A model generated the notes under the pieces. It searched no databases, had not been told where the DNA came from, and worked only from the letters and a program-made list of their open reading frames with translations. A DNA stretch of 64,000 nt. It comes from an uncultured Bacillota bacterium. Lineage in GTDB: Bacteria > Sysuimicrobiota > Sysuimicrobiia > Sysuimicrobiales > Segetimicrobiaceae. Below are positions 50,989 through 62,488 of the stretch, in pieces. The stretch covers positions 192,001 through 256,000 of the forward strand of contig CAWDRG010000019.1 of the NCBI GenBank assembly GCA_963804645.1, in the 5' to 3' direction. Position numbers and translations under genes: made by a program. Each line of letters starts with the position of its first letter. The stretch's first letter is position 1.

Positions 50989-52184
50989 GAGGGCCGACCC
51001 CGCGGCGTCTGTGGAAGTACGTCGTGCAGCGCTTACGCTTGGCCACCTACTTCGCGGCGCCTGGGGATGAGCGGCCCGCGCCGCAAATTCCGGCGCGGGC
51101 GATCTTGTGGGGGCTGGTGATCGGGCACATTCTGCGGGAAGACGCGTTTGCGGGGGTGGATGCCCTGGTCCGGGGCGCGGCCCGGGCGCTGGGCGTGGGC
51201 CGGCGGTTCAGTCACGATACGCTGGCATATGTGACCGCGCGGTTGGATCCGGGGCCGACGCGCGCGGCGTTGAGCGCGGTGGCACGCCGCGCGAAGCGGA
51301 ATAAAGCCTTGGTGGGCAGTGGGTGGATTGGCCTCGCGGTGGATGGCACCGCGACCACCTGTCTCAGCAAGCCGGGGACCGACTGTCCGTACTGTCGACC
51401 GTTGCGCAAAGAGGATGGCACCCTGCTAGGGTATCGGCATGAGATGGCCGTGCTGAGCATCGTGAATGCGGGCGTGACGTTGCCGTGTGACCTGGAGCTC
51501 TACGGGCCGGGCGACAGTGAGTCGGCGGCGGGGCAGCGCGTGCTGCGGCGCGGGGTGGCGGCGTTGGGGCCGCGGTTCGCCGACTATGTCGTGGGCGACA
51601 GCAAATTCGCGACGGCACCCTTCCTGCATACGGCGGGGGACGTCGGCCTGCGGGTGGTGGCGCGCTTAAAGGACAATCTCCCGGAGCTCCATGCCGCGGC
51701 GCAGGCGCGGTTTGTGGGCCGCATGCCGACCGCGACGTTCACAGACGGTCGCGATCAGCTGGAGGTGTGGGATGCGAGCGATTTCGATCCGTGGGTGGGG
51801 CTGCGGTGGAAGACGGTACGCGTCCTGAAGTATCGGCAGACCAAGCCGAACGGCAAGATCATCGAAGCGTTCTGGTTGACCGATTGGCCGGTGAGTCTGG
51901 TGTCCAGTCACGCCTTGTACCGCATGGCCAAGAGCCGGTGGGAGATCGAGAATCAGATCTTCAATGTGGCGAAAACGTACCACGGATTGGAGCACGTCTG
52001 CCACCATCAAGGCACGAGCCTTGTGGCGAGTTGGCTCATTACGCTGCTGGCGATCGCCATCGAAACGCTCTACCGTCTCCGCTTCTTGCATCGCGGCTCG
52101 CATCCCGTGCTCGCGGCGATCGACCTCTGCCGGCGCCTGCGGATGCAGCTCGCGTGCCGTCCCGCTAGCGCGGCCCCCGGCTAA
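50985..52184 (+). CDS. DDE transposase
   Basis: LAVDGT, VVGDSKF and RWEIEN motifs; CPYC. Confidence 0.88.
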   Translation: MRGPTPRRLWKYVVQRLRLATYFAAPGDERPAPQIPARAILWGLVIGHILREDAFAGVDALVRGAARALGVGRRFSHDTLAYVTARLDPGPTRAALSAVARRAKRNKALVGSGWIGLAVDGTATTCLSKPGTDCPYCRPLRKEDGTLLGYRHEMAVLSIVNAGVTLPCDLELYGPGDSESAAGQRVLRRGVAALGPRFADYVVGDSKFATAPFLHTAGDVGLRVVARLKDNLPELHAAAQARFVGRMPTATFTDGRDQLEVWDASDFDPWVGLRWKTVRVLKYRQTKPNGKIIEAFWLTDWPVSLVSSHALYRMAKSRWEIENQIFNVAKTYHGLEHVCHHQGTSLVASWLITLLAIAIETLYRLRFLHRGSHPVLAAIDLCRRLRMQLACRPASAAPG

Positions 52185-52466
52185 CCCCCAGGCAGCGTGT
52201 CGAGGACGCGACCTCTGGCTTGCGGCCTCTCGAAGCCGCCGGCCTCGTCTCCCTCCACCCCCCAACAGCCCTTGCGTCGATGCCGGTCGGATTGATTCGG
52301 GACGCAAACACGCGCTCGGGCCTCTATTTTCGCCTCTCTTGCGTCCCCCCCAACGCAGGTTGCGAAATTGCTGCCGCCGCCGTGCGCTTCTTGTCAGTAA
52401 TCGACGTCCTGTGATATACTGACGAAGGTTCGAAGTAAGGGCGGGCCCCAATCGTGGCGTGATCGG

Positions 52467-52494
52467 GAGTGGGTAGTTCGGGACCCACTCTTTT
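52467..52494 (+). promoter_or_regulatory. rimP-leader terminator-like hairpin
   Basis: GAGTGGGT...ACCCACTC-TTTT upstream of rimP; TATACT -10 at 52415-52420. Confidence 0.7.
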
Positions 52495-52540
52495 CCTTCT
52501 TACCGGAACGCCGGAGGAGGGGGGCACGCGAGGGCAACGG

Positions 52541-53035
52541 ATGAGACGCCGGGAGATCGCGGACCAGGTGACGGTGCTGGCGGCCCCGATCGCTGCGAGG
52601 CTCGGCCTCCAGATCGTGGACGTCGAACTGGCCGGCGCCGCGGGGCACCAGGTGGTCCGGGTGCTGGTGGAGCGGGACGGGGACGTGGGCGTCGAAGACT
52701 GTGCGAAGCTCAGCGAGGCGCTCGGGCGGGAGATGGACCTGTACGACCTCCCGATCGGGACCTATACGCTGGAGGTGGCATCGCCCGGTCTGGACCGGCC
52801 GCTTCGGAGGCCTGAGGAGTTCATCAGGTTTTCCGGGCGGAACGTGTCGGTGACGACGTTCGCGCCCGTAGACGGGCAGCGGCGGTTTCGCGGACAGCTG
52901 CTCGGCCTGGTCGACGGGGCGGTGACAGTGCGGCTCGAGGATGGACGCGAGGTGCGGTTTCCGCCCTCGGACATCGCGCAGGCGAGGCTCGTGGTCGGGA
53001 TGGACGATCTGCGGGCGGATCTGAGACGGTCATAA
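52541..53035 (+). CDS. rimP: Ribosome maturation factor RimP
   Basis: YTLEVASPGLDRPL motif; operon position. Confidence 0.95.
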   Translation: MRRREIADQVTVLAAPIAARLGLQIVDVELAGAAGHQVVRVLVERDGDVGVEDCAKLSEALGREMDLYDLPIGTYTLEVASPGLDRPLRRPEEFIRFSGRNVSVTTFAPVDGQRRFRGQLLGLVDGAVTVRLEDGREVRFPPSDIAQARLVVGMDDLRADLRRS

Positions 53036-53101
53036 CGCTGGACGACAGGCTTCCGGGCGGTGCGGGAGGGCGGCCGCCGGAGGCGTGGGGGTGACGCCAG
53101 G

Positions 53102-54301
<1,200 letters not shown>

Positions 54302-54304
54302 GCG

Positions 54305-54661
54305 ATGCCCAAAGTACGCAAAATCCCTCAGCGGCAGTGTGTCGCCTGCGGCGAGACGCGGAGCAAGCGGGACCTGGTCCGCGTCGTCCGCACGCCCGCG
54401 GGCGACGTGCGTGTGGACGCGACGGGCAAGTTGTCCGGGCGCGGGGCCTACGTGTGCCCGGCCCCCAGCTGTGTCGACCGTGCCCTTCGCGACGGCCGGC
54501 TCGCGGGCATCCTCGAACGGCCGCTGCCGGAAACCCTGTCCGAGGCCCTCAGGGAGGCGGTGTCGCGGGATACGACGCCCCGCGCCCCCGTCGTGCGTCG
54601 GATCTCGCTCCGCCAGGCCGCGGAGGCCCTGCGGGGCGAGCCGGAGGGACGGAACGAATGA
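54305..54661 (+). CDS. ylxR: YlxR (DUF448) RNA-binding protein
   Basis: PQRQCVAC and GRGAYVC motifs. Confidence 0.93.
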   Translation: MPKVRKIPQRQCVACGETRSKRDLVRVVRTPAGDVRVDATGKLSGRGAYVCPAPSCVDRALRDGRLAGILERPLPETLSEALREAVSRDTTPRAPVVRRISLRQAAEALRGEPEGRNE

Positions 54662-54692
54662 GCGGACGTGGAGATGAAATGGAGGGATCCTT

Positions 54693-57194
54693 GTGAAGGT
54701 GCATGAGCTGGCCAGGGAGCTCGGCCTGACCAGCCGGGAGCTGATTGCGCGGCTGGAGACGATGAAGGTCCCGGTCCGCAACCACATGAGCACGCTCGAC
54801 GACGACACGGTGGCGCGCCTGCGCCGCGGTCCGTCCGAGGGCGCGGCGGCAGCCGCATCTTCGCCGGCGGCGCCCGAGCCGCCGCGCGGTCCGGCGAAGG
54901 CCGTGGACGAGGACAAGATCAAGCAGAGTGCCTTCCTCCAGACGAACTACGGCGCGGAGATCAAGGGCGTGCGCGTCATTCGGACGCAGCGCGTGGAGGC
55001 GGCTCCGCCTCCGCCGCCCGAGGTGGTGGAGGTACCGGCCGAGGCCGCCCCGGTGAGGGCGGGGCAGAAGGCGCCCGTGCGTCCCGGAGCCCCAGCGCCC
55101 GCCAAGAAGCCGGAGATTAAGAAGTCCGCCCCGACGGTGCCGGCCAAGGAGCAGCGGCCCGCCGCGCAGGCGCCGGCTGCGGTCCAGGCGGCCGCACCGG
55201 CCGCCCCCGCGAAGGACAAGCCCACCGTGCGGTTTGGCGATGTGCGCAAGGCGCCGCGCTACGCGGCGGGGACGGCCGACGCGGGCACGCGCCCACTTCC
55301 CGAGACGGCCCCCGTGAGCGTGCCGGCGGAGCCGGCCAAACCGGTCGAGCCGGTGCGGCCGCAGCCCGCCGCTGCGGCGATGGCCCCCGCGGCCCCGGCG
55401 GTTCCGGCCCCCGCGGCCCCGGCTCCGGTGCGGTATCTGGAGCTCGACGGGCCGATCCAGGTCGGCGAGTTCGCCGCGCGCATGGGCGTGGGCCCGGGCG
55501 AGGTCGTCAAGAAGCTCGTCGAGAGCGGCGTGATGGCCGGCATCAACCACATGATCCCGCTCGAGGTGGCGAGCAAGATCGCCCCTGCGTTCAATTTCTC
55601 GGTCAAGGCCCCCGAGGTGGTGCAGGTCAACGAGGTCGCGTCCACTCTGGAGGCGGCCGAGGTCGCGCCCCACGAGAAGGGGACGACGCCCAGGCCGCCG
55701 GTCGTCACCGTGATGGGCCACGTCGATCACGGGAAGACGAGCCTGTTGGACGCGATTCGGAAAGCGTCCGTCGCAGCCCAGGAGTTCGGCGGGATCACCC
55801 AGCACATCGGCGCCTATACGGTCGACGTCGGCGGGAAGCCGGTCACGTTCCTCGACACGCCCGGCCACGAGGCGTTCACCGCCCTGCGGGCGCGGGGCGC
55901 GCAGGTCACCGACATCGTCGTGCTGGTGGTGGCCGCGGACGACGGCGTGATGCCGCAGACGATCGAAGCGATCAATCACGCGAAGGCGGCGCGGGTGCCG
56001 ATCATCGTGGCGATCAACAAGATCGACCTGCCGCAGACGAACCCCGACCGGGTGAAGCAGGAACTGTCGGATCTCGGCCTTGTGCCCGAGGACTGGGGCG
56101 GGGACACGATCATGGTGCCGACCTCGGCGCGCCAGGGGACCGGCCTCGACACGCTTTTGGAGATGATCCTGCTTGTGGCCGAACTGCGCGACTTCCGGGC
56201 GACGCCGGACCGGCCGGCGCGGGGGACCGTGATCGAAGCGCGGCTCGATCGGGGCCGCGGCCCGGTATCCACGGTGCTCGTGCAGGACGGCACGCTGCAC
56301 GCCGGCGACGCCGCGGTGGTCGGGGAGACGTACGGTCGCATCCGGGCCATGACGGACGACAAGGGTGTGCGGCGGATGGAGGCGGGGCCCAGCATCCCGG
56401 TCGAGGTGACGGGGCTGAGCGAGGTCCCCGCCGCCGGCGACCTGCTCGAGGTGGTGACGAACGAGCGCATCGCCAAGGCCGTCGCCGAGGAGCGGCGGGA
56501 GCGCCGCCGGGCGACCGATCAGACGCAAATCCGGCAGCTCAGCGTGGAGGAGATCTCCAAAGAGGCCGGCTCCCAGACCGAGCGCAAGGAGCTGCGCCTG
56601 ATCATCAAGGGCGACGTGCAGGGCTCCGTCGAAGCGCTCGTCGGCGCGCTCGAGCGCGTGACGACGCGGGAGGTCGTCATCACGATTCTCCACGCGGCGG
56701 TCGGCAACGTGACCGAGTCGGATGTCATGCTTGCCGCGGCGAGCCACGCGACCGTCATCGGCTTCAACGTGCGGCCCGAGCCGCCGGTGCGGCGTCTCGC
56801 CGAGAGCGAGGGCGCCGACGTGCGGCTCTACCGGGTGATCTACGAAGTGCTGGACGACGTCAAAAAGCTCGCAACCGGCCTGATCCCGCCCGAGGAAGTC
56901 GAGGTGATCACCGGCCGCGCGGAGGTCCGGCGCGTCTACTCCATCAGCCGCGTCGGCGTGATCGCGGGGTCGTACGTGCTCTCCGGCAAGATCACCCGCG
57001 GCAGCAAGTGCCGGCTGATCCGCGACGGCGTCGTGGTGCACGAGGGGGTCATCGGGTCGCTGCGCCGGTTCAAGGACGACGTGCGCGAGGTCACCGCCGA
57101 CTTCGAGTGCGGCATCGGCTTGGAGCGGTTCACTGACGTCAAGGAACGGGACATTATCGAGACGTACGCGATCGAGACGAAACCGGCCGCCTGA
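54693..57194 (+). CDS. infB: Translation initiation factor IF-2
   Basis: [22 protein letters not shown] and NKID motifs. Confidence 0.98.
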   Translation: MKVHELARELGLTSRELIARLETMKVPVRNHMSTLDDDTVARLRRGPSEGAAAAASSPAAPEPPRGPAKAVDEDKIKQSAFLQTNYGAEIKGVRVIRTQRVEAAPPPPPEVVEVPAEAAPVRAGQKAPVRPGAPAPAKKPEIKKSAPTVPAKEQRPAAQAPAAVQAAAPAAPAKDKPTVRFGDVRKAPRYAAGTADAGTRPLPETAPVSVPAEPAKPVEPVRPQPAAAAMAPAAPAVPAPAAPAPVRYLELDGPIQVGEFAARMGVGPGEVVKKLVESGVMAGINHMIPLEVASKIAPAFNFSVKAPEVVQVNEVASTLEAAEVAPHEKGTTPRPPVVTVMGHVDHGKTSLLDAIRKASVAAQEFGGITQHIGAYTVDVGGKPVTFLDTPGHEAFTALRARGAQVTDIVVLVVAADDGVMPQTIEAINHAKAARVPIIVAINKIDLPQTNPDRVKQELSDLGLVPEDWGGDTIMVPTSARQGTGLDTLLEMILLVAELRDFRATPDRPARGTVIEARLDRGRGPVSTVLVQDGTLHAGDAAVVGETYGRIRAMTDDKGVRRMEAGPSIPVEVTGLSEVPAAGDLLEVVTNERIAKAVAEERRERRRATDQTQIRQLSVEEISKEAGSQTERKELRLIIKGDVQGSVEALVGALERVTTREVVITILHAAVGNVTESDVMLAAASHATVIGFNVRPEPPVRRLAESEGADVRLYRVIYEVLDDVKKLATGLIPPEEVEVITGRAEVRRVYSISRVGVIAGSYVLSGKITRGSKCRLIRDGVVVHEGVIGSLRRFKDDVREVTADFECGIGLERFTDVKERDIIETYAIETKPAA

Positions 57195-57219
57195 TCAGAT
57201 CCCCGCCGGGGATGGCGCG

Positions 57220-57501
57220 ATGGTCGTCGGTGTGCTGCACGTCGAGTGCGGCCTTCCTGGAACCCAGAGCATCAAAGACAAGCGGCGGGTCGTGAAGTCG
57301 CTCCTCGACCGGCTGCACCATCGGTTCCACGTGGCCGCGGCCGAAGTGGCGCACCAGGACTCGTGGCGACGGGCGGGGCTGGCCGTGGCGTGCGTGAGTA
57401 CGAGCGCACGCCACGCCGACGAGGTGCTGGCGCACGTCGCGCACGCGATCGAGCTGCACGCGGATCTCGTGCTGCTCGACTACCACATTGAGATGCGGTG
57501 A
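57220..57501 (+). CDS. ylxP: DUF503 protein (YlxP)
   Basis: SIKDKRRVVKS...AEVAHQD motif; operon position. Confidence 0.9.
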   Translation: MVVGVLHVECGLPGTQSIKDKRRVVKSLLDRLHHRFHVAAAEVAHQDSWRRAGLAVACVSTSARHADEVLAHVAHAIELHADLVLLDYHIEMR

Positions 57502-57507
57502 GACACC

Positions 57508-57873
57508 ATGACGTCCCCACGGATCGCCCGATTACGCGAACTGTTCAAGCAGGAGGCCAGCGTCATTCTTCAGCGGTCGATGAACGATCCCCGCGTCGGG
57601 TTCGTGTCGGTCACGGACGTGGATCTGAGCGGTGACCTGAGGCACGCGAAGATCTTCGTGAGCGTGTATGGCGACGCGAAAGAGAAGACGCGCACGATGG
57701 CGGCGCTGACGAGCGCGCGGGGATTCGTCCGGACCGAGCTGGCCCGTCGGATCCGGCTCCGGTACTTCCCCCAAGTGCACTTCCAGATGGATGAGTCGAT
57801 CGAGCGGGGCGCCCGCGTGAACAGCCTGCTGCGGCAGGTGAAGCCCCCCGACCCCCCGCGGGACCCTGCATGA
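57508..57873 (+). CDS. rbfA: Ribosome-binding factor A
   Basis: DPR, DLRHAKIFVS and RYFPQVHF..DESI motifs. Confidence 0.95.
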   Translation: MTSPRIARLRELFKQEASVILQRSMNDPRVGFVSVTDVDLSGDLRHAKIFVSVYGDAKEKTRTMAALTSARGFVRTELARRIRLRYFPQVHFQMDESIERGARVNSLLRQVKPPDPPRDPA

Positions 57874-58844
57874 GCCCAGCCACGCGGATCGCCGAGGCCC
57901 TCCGAGGCCGCAGCCACGTGCTGCTGCTCGGCCACGTCTCCCCCGACGGCGACAGCCTCGGGTCCACCCTGGCCCTCGCCCGGGCGCTGTGGACGTGCGG
58001 GCAGCACGCGACCGTGGGGAGCGCCGACGGGGTGCCCACGATGTACCGGTTTCTGCCGGGGAGCGAGCGGATTCAGACGGCCCTTCCGGACGGCGCGACG
58101 TACGATGCGGTCGTGTTCATGGAGTGCAGTTCACCGGAGCGCGCCGGGGCGCTCGCGGCCCGCGCCGCCGGCGTTCCGCTCTGGGTCAATATCGATCACC
58201 ACGTCAGCAACTCGGGGTTCGGCGACCTGATCGACCACGATCCCGCGGCCGCCGCGGTCGGGGAGCTCGTCTATCCGATCGTCCGAGAATTTCTGCCCAC
58301 CCTCGACGCCGGAACGGCGACGTGCCTGCTGTGCGCGCTGTTGACGGACACCGGCAGCTTTCGGTATCAGAGCGTCGCGCCGGGCACGCTCCGCATCGCC
58401 GCGGACCTGGTCGCCGCCGGCGCGAGCGTGGCCGAGGTGTACGAACAGGTCTACGAGAACCGGCCCGCCAGCGCGCTGCACCTGCTCGGCAAGGCGCTCG
58501 ACCGCTGCGCGCTTGCGGAAGAGGGCCGCGTCGCGTGGACCGTCGTGACGCAGGCGATGCTCCGGGAGACCGGCGCCGTCATGGAGGACTCCGAAGGCAT
58601 CATCGGCGCGCTCCGAGGGATTGCCGGCGTCGAGGTCGCCGCGCTGTTCAAGGAGGAGCCGGACGGCATTCGCGTGAGCCTGCGGGCGCGGGGCCGCGTG
58701 CGGGCGCATGTGATCGCGGGGGCGTTCGGCGGGGGCGGGCACGCCGCGGCCGCCGGCTTCACCGGTCACGGCAGCCTGGATGACGTCGTGCGGCAGACGC
58801 TCGAAGTCGTCCAGCGTGAGCTGGGCGCGGTTTCGGAGTCGTAG
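57870..58844 (+). CDS. nrnA: DHH/DHHA1 oligoribonuclease / pAp phosphatase
   Basis: HVSPDGD, IDHH, DTGSF and GGGGHAAAAG motifs. Confidence 0.9.
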   Translation: MSPATRIAEALRGRSHVLLLGHVSPDGDSLGSTLALARALWTCGQHATVGSADGVPTMYRFLPGSERIQTALPDGATYDAVVFMECSSPERAGALAARAAGVPLWVNIDHHVSNSGFGDLIDHDPAAAAVGELVYPIVREFLPTLDAGTATCLLCALLTDTGSFRYQSVAPGTLRIAADLVAAGASVAEVYEQVYENRPASALHLLGKALDRCALAEEGRVAWTVVTQAMLRETGAVMEDSEGIIGALRGIAGVEVAALFKEEPDGIRVSLRARGRVRAHVIAGAFGGGGHAAAAGFTGHGSLDDVVRQTLEVVQRELGAVSES

Positions 58845-58852
58845 GGGCGCCG

Positions 58853-59800
58853 GTGGACGGAATCCTCTGCGTGCTGAAGCCGCCGGGCATGACGTCGCAC
58901 GACGTCGTGGATGTCGTGCGGCGCCTCGTGGGGATTCGCCGGGTCGGGCATACCGGGACGCTCGACCCGGGCGCCGCGGGCGTGCTCGTGTGCTGCGTCG
59001 GCCGCGCCACGCGGCTCAGCGAGTTCTTGATGGACGCCGACAAGGAGTACCGCGTGGAACTTCGGCTCGGGATGAGCACGAGCACCGGGGACGCGTACGG
59101 CGAGCTCCTCCCGCCCGCCGACGCGGAGCAGGCCGCGCGGCCGGTGCCGCGCGCGGCGCTGGACCAGGCGCTCCGGCAGTTCACGGGAGAGATCATGCAG
59201 ATCCCGCCGATGGTGTCGGCGATTCACCACGGCGGGACGCGGCTGTACCAGCTCGCGCGCCGCGGCGAGGTGGTCGAGCGGGACGCACGCAAGGTCTCGA
59301 TCTACCGCATCGACGTGCTGCGCGCCTCCGAGGATGGGCGGACGGTCCTGCTGCACGTCTCCTGCGGCAAGGGGACGTACATCCGCACACTGTGCGCCGA
59401 CGTGGGCGACGTGCTCGGCGTCGGCGGGTACGCGCACTTCATGATCCGCACCCGCGCGGGGCAGTTCGAGCTCGAGGACGCGTGGACGCTCGAAGAGCTG
59501 GCCGCGGCCCAAGCGCGCGACGCGCTGGCCGAGGCCCTCGCGTCGATGGACCGCGCCGTCACCCACCTGCCGGCGGTGGACCTCCCCGACCGGTCGGTGA
59601 CGGACGTGCTGCACGGTCACCCCGTGCCGTTATGGAAGCTGGGAGACACCCGCGTGTCGGACGACAGTCCGGTCCGGCTCCGCAGCCGGCAGGGCACCCT
59701 CATCGCGCTGGCGCGCATCGAGGACGGGGCGCTGCGGCCGTTCAAGGTGCTCGCGGGACCCGAGGGAGGGTCGGTTGCGCATCGCGCGCGGCCTCGCTGA
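58853..59800 (+). CDS. truB: tRNA pseudouridine(55) synthase
   Basis: GHTGTLDP and GTYIRTL motifs. Confidence 0.96.
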   Translation: MDGILCVLKPPGMTSHDVVDVVRRLVGIRRVGHTGTLDPGAAGVLVCCVGRATRLSEFLMDADKEYRVELRLGMSTSTGDAYGELLPPADAEQAARPVPRAALDQALRQFTGEIMQIPPMVSAIHHGGTRLYQLARRGEVVERDARKVSIYRIDVLRASEDGRTVLLHVSCGKGTYIRTLCADVGDVLGVGGYAHFMIRTRAGQFELEDAWTLEELAAAQARDALAEALASMDRAVTHLPAVDLPDRSVTDVLHGHPVPLWKLGDTRVSDDSPVRLRSRQGTLIALARIEDGALRPFKVLAGPEGGSVAHRARPR

Positions 59801-60722
59801 GGTTCCCGAGGCGCTCCCGGCGCCCGTGCTGGCGCTTGGGACGTTCGACGGCATCCACGTGGGGCACCGGCAGGTGATCGGCGGCGCCATGGCGCGCGCG
59901 CGGGATCTCGAGGGCACCGCGGTCGTCGTCACGTTCGAGCCCCATCCGCTCGAGGTGCTCCGGCCCGGCACCGACCCGGTCCTGCTGACGACCCTCGACG
60001 AGCGCCTCGCCCTGCTGGACGACGCCGGCGTGGACCTCACGGTCGTGCTTCCCTTCGACCTCGCGTTCTCGCAAATCACGGCGGAGACGTGGCTCGACGA
60101 GATCCTCGCCGGACGCCTGGACGCGCGCGCGGTGTTCGCCGGGTCGTCGTACACGTTCGGGCACCGGCGCCAGGGTACTGCGGCGCGCCTGGCGGAGTGG
60201 GGCCGGGACCGCGGGGTCGAGGTGCACCTGATCCCGGCGGTGCTGGTGAGCGGCGAGCCGGTCAGCAGCAGCCGGATCCGCACCGCGCTGCGGGAGGGGC
60301 TCGTTGACGAGGCGGCGCGCCTCTTGGGCCGCTGGTACGGATTGGGCGGCACCGTGACCTCGGGGCAGGGCCGCGGCCGCACGATCGGGTTTCCCACCGC
60401 CAACCTGGTCCCGCCGGCCCGGAAGGTGCTCCCGGGGCAGGGCGTCTACGCGACGATCGTCGACGTGGACGGGCGGCGATACGGGGGAGCGACCAACGTG
60501 GGGCGGCGCCCCACGTTCGGCGGCGGCGACGTGACGGTGGAGACGCATCTCCTGGGATTCGCCGGCGAGCTGTCCGGGCGCACGACCGTCGTGTCATTCG
60601 TGCAGCGGCTGCGCGAGGAGCGCACGTTTCCAGGCGCCGACGCCCTCGTGCGGCAGATTCACGACGACGTCGAGCAGGCACGGCAGTTGCTTGCCGGGGT
60701 GGGACCGGGTATAATACGGTAG
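59775..60722 (+). CDS. ribF: Bifunctional riboflavin kinase / FAD synthetase
   Basis: GTFDGIHVGH, SSSRIR and GFPTAN motifs. Confidence 0.96.
   Translation: MRIARGLAEVPEALPAPVLALGTFDGIHVGHRQVIGGAMARARDLEGTAVVVTFEPHPLEVLRPGTDPVLLTTLDERLALLDDAGVDLTVVLPFDLAFSQITAETWLDEILAGRLDARAVFAGSSYTFGHRRQGTAARLAEWGRDRGVEVHLIPAVLVSGEPVSSSRIRTALREGLVDEAARLLGRWYGLGGTVTSGQGRGRTIGFPTANLVPPARKVLPGQGVYATIVDVDGRRYGGATNVGRRPTFGGGDVTVETHLLGFAGELSGRTTVVSFVQRLREERTFPGADALVRQIHDDVEQARQLLAGVGPGIIR
60687..60715 (+). promoter_or_regulatory. Sigma70-type promoter for nusB inside the ribF 3' end
   Basis: TTGCTT-N17-TATAAT. Confidence 0.6.
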
Positions 60723-60843
60723 TGCCGGAGGGCCACCGGAGGGGCGCGGAAGACCACGGGGCATTGCAGGAGCCCCCGGCCACGAGTCTGACCACCGTCG
60801 CGGTGGTCAATTTGTTTGGGACGCAATTCGGAGAACGGTGACG

Positions 60844-61266
60844 ATGCGGCGGCGGGCGCGCGAGGCGGCGTTGGAGGTCCTGTTCCAGATGGACCTGGGG
60901 AAGTTGTCGCTCGACGACGCCCTGGAGTCGATCCGCGGGCAGGGCTGGCCGCCGGACGACTGGACGTTCATCGTCACCCTCGCGCGCGGGACGCGCGAGC
61001 GGCTTGAGACCATCGACACGGTGATCACCGGGGTCGCCGAGCACTGGACGCTGGAGCGCATGGCGACCGTCGACCGCAACATCCTCCGCCTCGCCGTCTT
61101 CGAACTGCAGTCCGGGGACACCCCGGTCGGGGTCGTCATCAATGAGGCCGTCGAACTCGCCAAGCGCTACAGCACCGAGGAATCCGGTCGCTTCGTGAAC
61201 GGCATGCTCGGCAAAATCGCCCGATCCGGCCCCTCGCCGCTAGTGCGGCAGGCGGCGGACGTATGA
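60844..61266 (+). CDS. nusB: Transcription antitermination factor NusB
   Basis: RRRAREAA, DRNILR, INEAVELAK and FVNGML motifs. Confidence 0.96.
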   Translation: MRRRAREAALEVLFQMDLGKLSLDDALESIRGQGWPPDDWTFIVTLARGTRERLETIDTVITGVAEHWTLERMATVDRNILRLAVFELQSGDTPVGVVINEAVELAKRYSTEESGRFVNGMLGKIARSGPSPLVRQAADV

Positions 61267-61282
61267 GGGGCGGGGGTGGCCG

Positions 61283-61567
61283 ATGCGCGTGCGTGCAGTC
61301 GTGTCGGGACGGGTGCAGGGCGTCGGGTTCCGCTATTTCACCCGCTCGGCCGCGACGCGCCTCGGGGTCGGCGGATTCGTCCGCAACCTGCCCGACGGCC
61401 GCGTCGAAGTCTCTGCCGCAGGTGATCATCGGGCGCTCGAGGCGCTGCTGGCCGTGCTGCGCGAGGGTCCGGCCGGAGCGGCGGTCCGCGGCGTCGCCGT
61501 GGAGTGGGTCGACGCCGCCGAGGCGGGAGCGTCCGGCGCCGGGGCGCGCGAGTTCACCATCCGCTAG
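61283..61567 (+). CDS. acyP: Acylphosphatase
   Basis: GRVQGVGFR and VRNLPDGRVE motifs. Confidence 0.94.
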   Translation: MRVRAVVSGRVQGVGFRYFTRSAATRLGVGGFVRNLPDGRVEVSAAGDHRALEALLAVLREGPAGAAVRGVAVEWVDAAEAGASGAGAREFTIR

Positions 61568-61573
61568 GTGAGG

Positions 61574-62488
61574 ATGAAGGGAACGTCGCGCCGACCGGCC
61601 GCCATCGAAACGCTCCTCGCTGAGCACGGTCGCTTGGTCGAGGATGCGCTGGATCGCTATCTCCCCAGTTCCGCCACACCGCCGCAGGCCGTGCACCAGG
61701 CGATGCGCCACAGCGTGTTCGCCGGGGGCAAGCGGCTCCGCCCGATCCTCGTCATCGCCGCCGCGGGGGTCGTCGGAGCGCCGCCCGGGCACGTCATGGC
61801 GTCGGCGTGCGCGATCGAGCTGATCCATACCTACTCGCTGATCCACGACGATCTCCCCGCGATGGACAACTCGCCGACCCGGCGGGGCCGCCCGACCTGC
61901 CACGTGCTCTACGGCGAGGCGATGGCCGTGCTCGCCGGGGACGCGCTCCACGCCCTCGCGTTTGAGCTGCTCGTCCGCAACGCCGAGGTGCCGGGCATCG
62001 AGCCCGCGCGCGTGCTGCGGGCGATCGGCGAGGTGACGCACGGCATCGGCACGGCGGGGATGGTCGGCGGGCAGGTGCTGGATCTGCTCGCCGTCGGCGG
62101 GCCCCTCGACGAGGCCGCCGTGCGGGAGATGCACCGGCTCAAGACGGGCTCGCTGATCCGGGCGTGCCTGCGCGTGGGGGCGATTCTGGGCGGCGCCGAG
62201 CCGGCGACGCTCGAGGCCCTGGGCCGGTACGGCGCGCACGTCGGGCTCGCCTTTCAGATCGTCGACGACATCCTGGACGTCGTCGGCGAGCAGGCGAAGC
62301 TCGGCAAGGAGACCGGCAGCGACGCGACGATGGCGAAGGTGACGTTCCCGTCGGTGTTCGGCGTCGAGCGCTCGCGCGCCATCGCCGAGGACGCGACCCG
62401 GCAGGCGGTCGAGGCGCTGGCGTTCCTCGGCGCCCCGGCGGACCGGCTGTGCGATCTCGCCGAGTTTCTGCTGCACCGCGAGCGATGA
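61574..62488 (+). CDS. ispA: Farnesyl/geranylgeranyl diphosphate synthase
   Basis: GGKRLRP, HDDLPAMD and FQIVDDILD motifs. Confidence 0.93.
   Translation: MKGTSRRPAAIETLLAEHGRLVEDALDRYLPSSATPPQAVHQAMRHSVFAGGKRLRPILVIAAAGVVGAPPGHVMASACAIELIHTYSLIHDDLPAMDNSPTRRGRPTCHVLYGEAMAVLAGDALHALAFELLVRNAEVPGIEPARVLRAIGEVTHGIGTAGMVGGQVLDLLAVGGPLDEAAVREMHRLKTGSLIRACLRVGAILGGAEPATLEALGRYGAHVGLAFQIVDDILDVVGEQAKLGKETGSDATMAKVTFPSVFGVERSRAIAEDATRQAVEALAFLGAPADRLCDLAEFLLHRER

Larger units (their letters stand above)
50433..52373 (+). mobile_element. Two-ORF DDE insertion sequence (IS4/ISAs1-like, 1941 bp)
   Basis: TIRs CAGGAGTTTCGGAACC / CAGCAATTTCGCAACC (13 of 16 match); 9-bp TSD CCGCCGCCG at 50424-50432 and 52374-52382. 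Confidence 0.85.
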
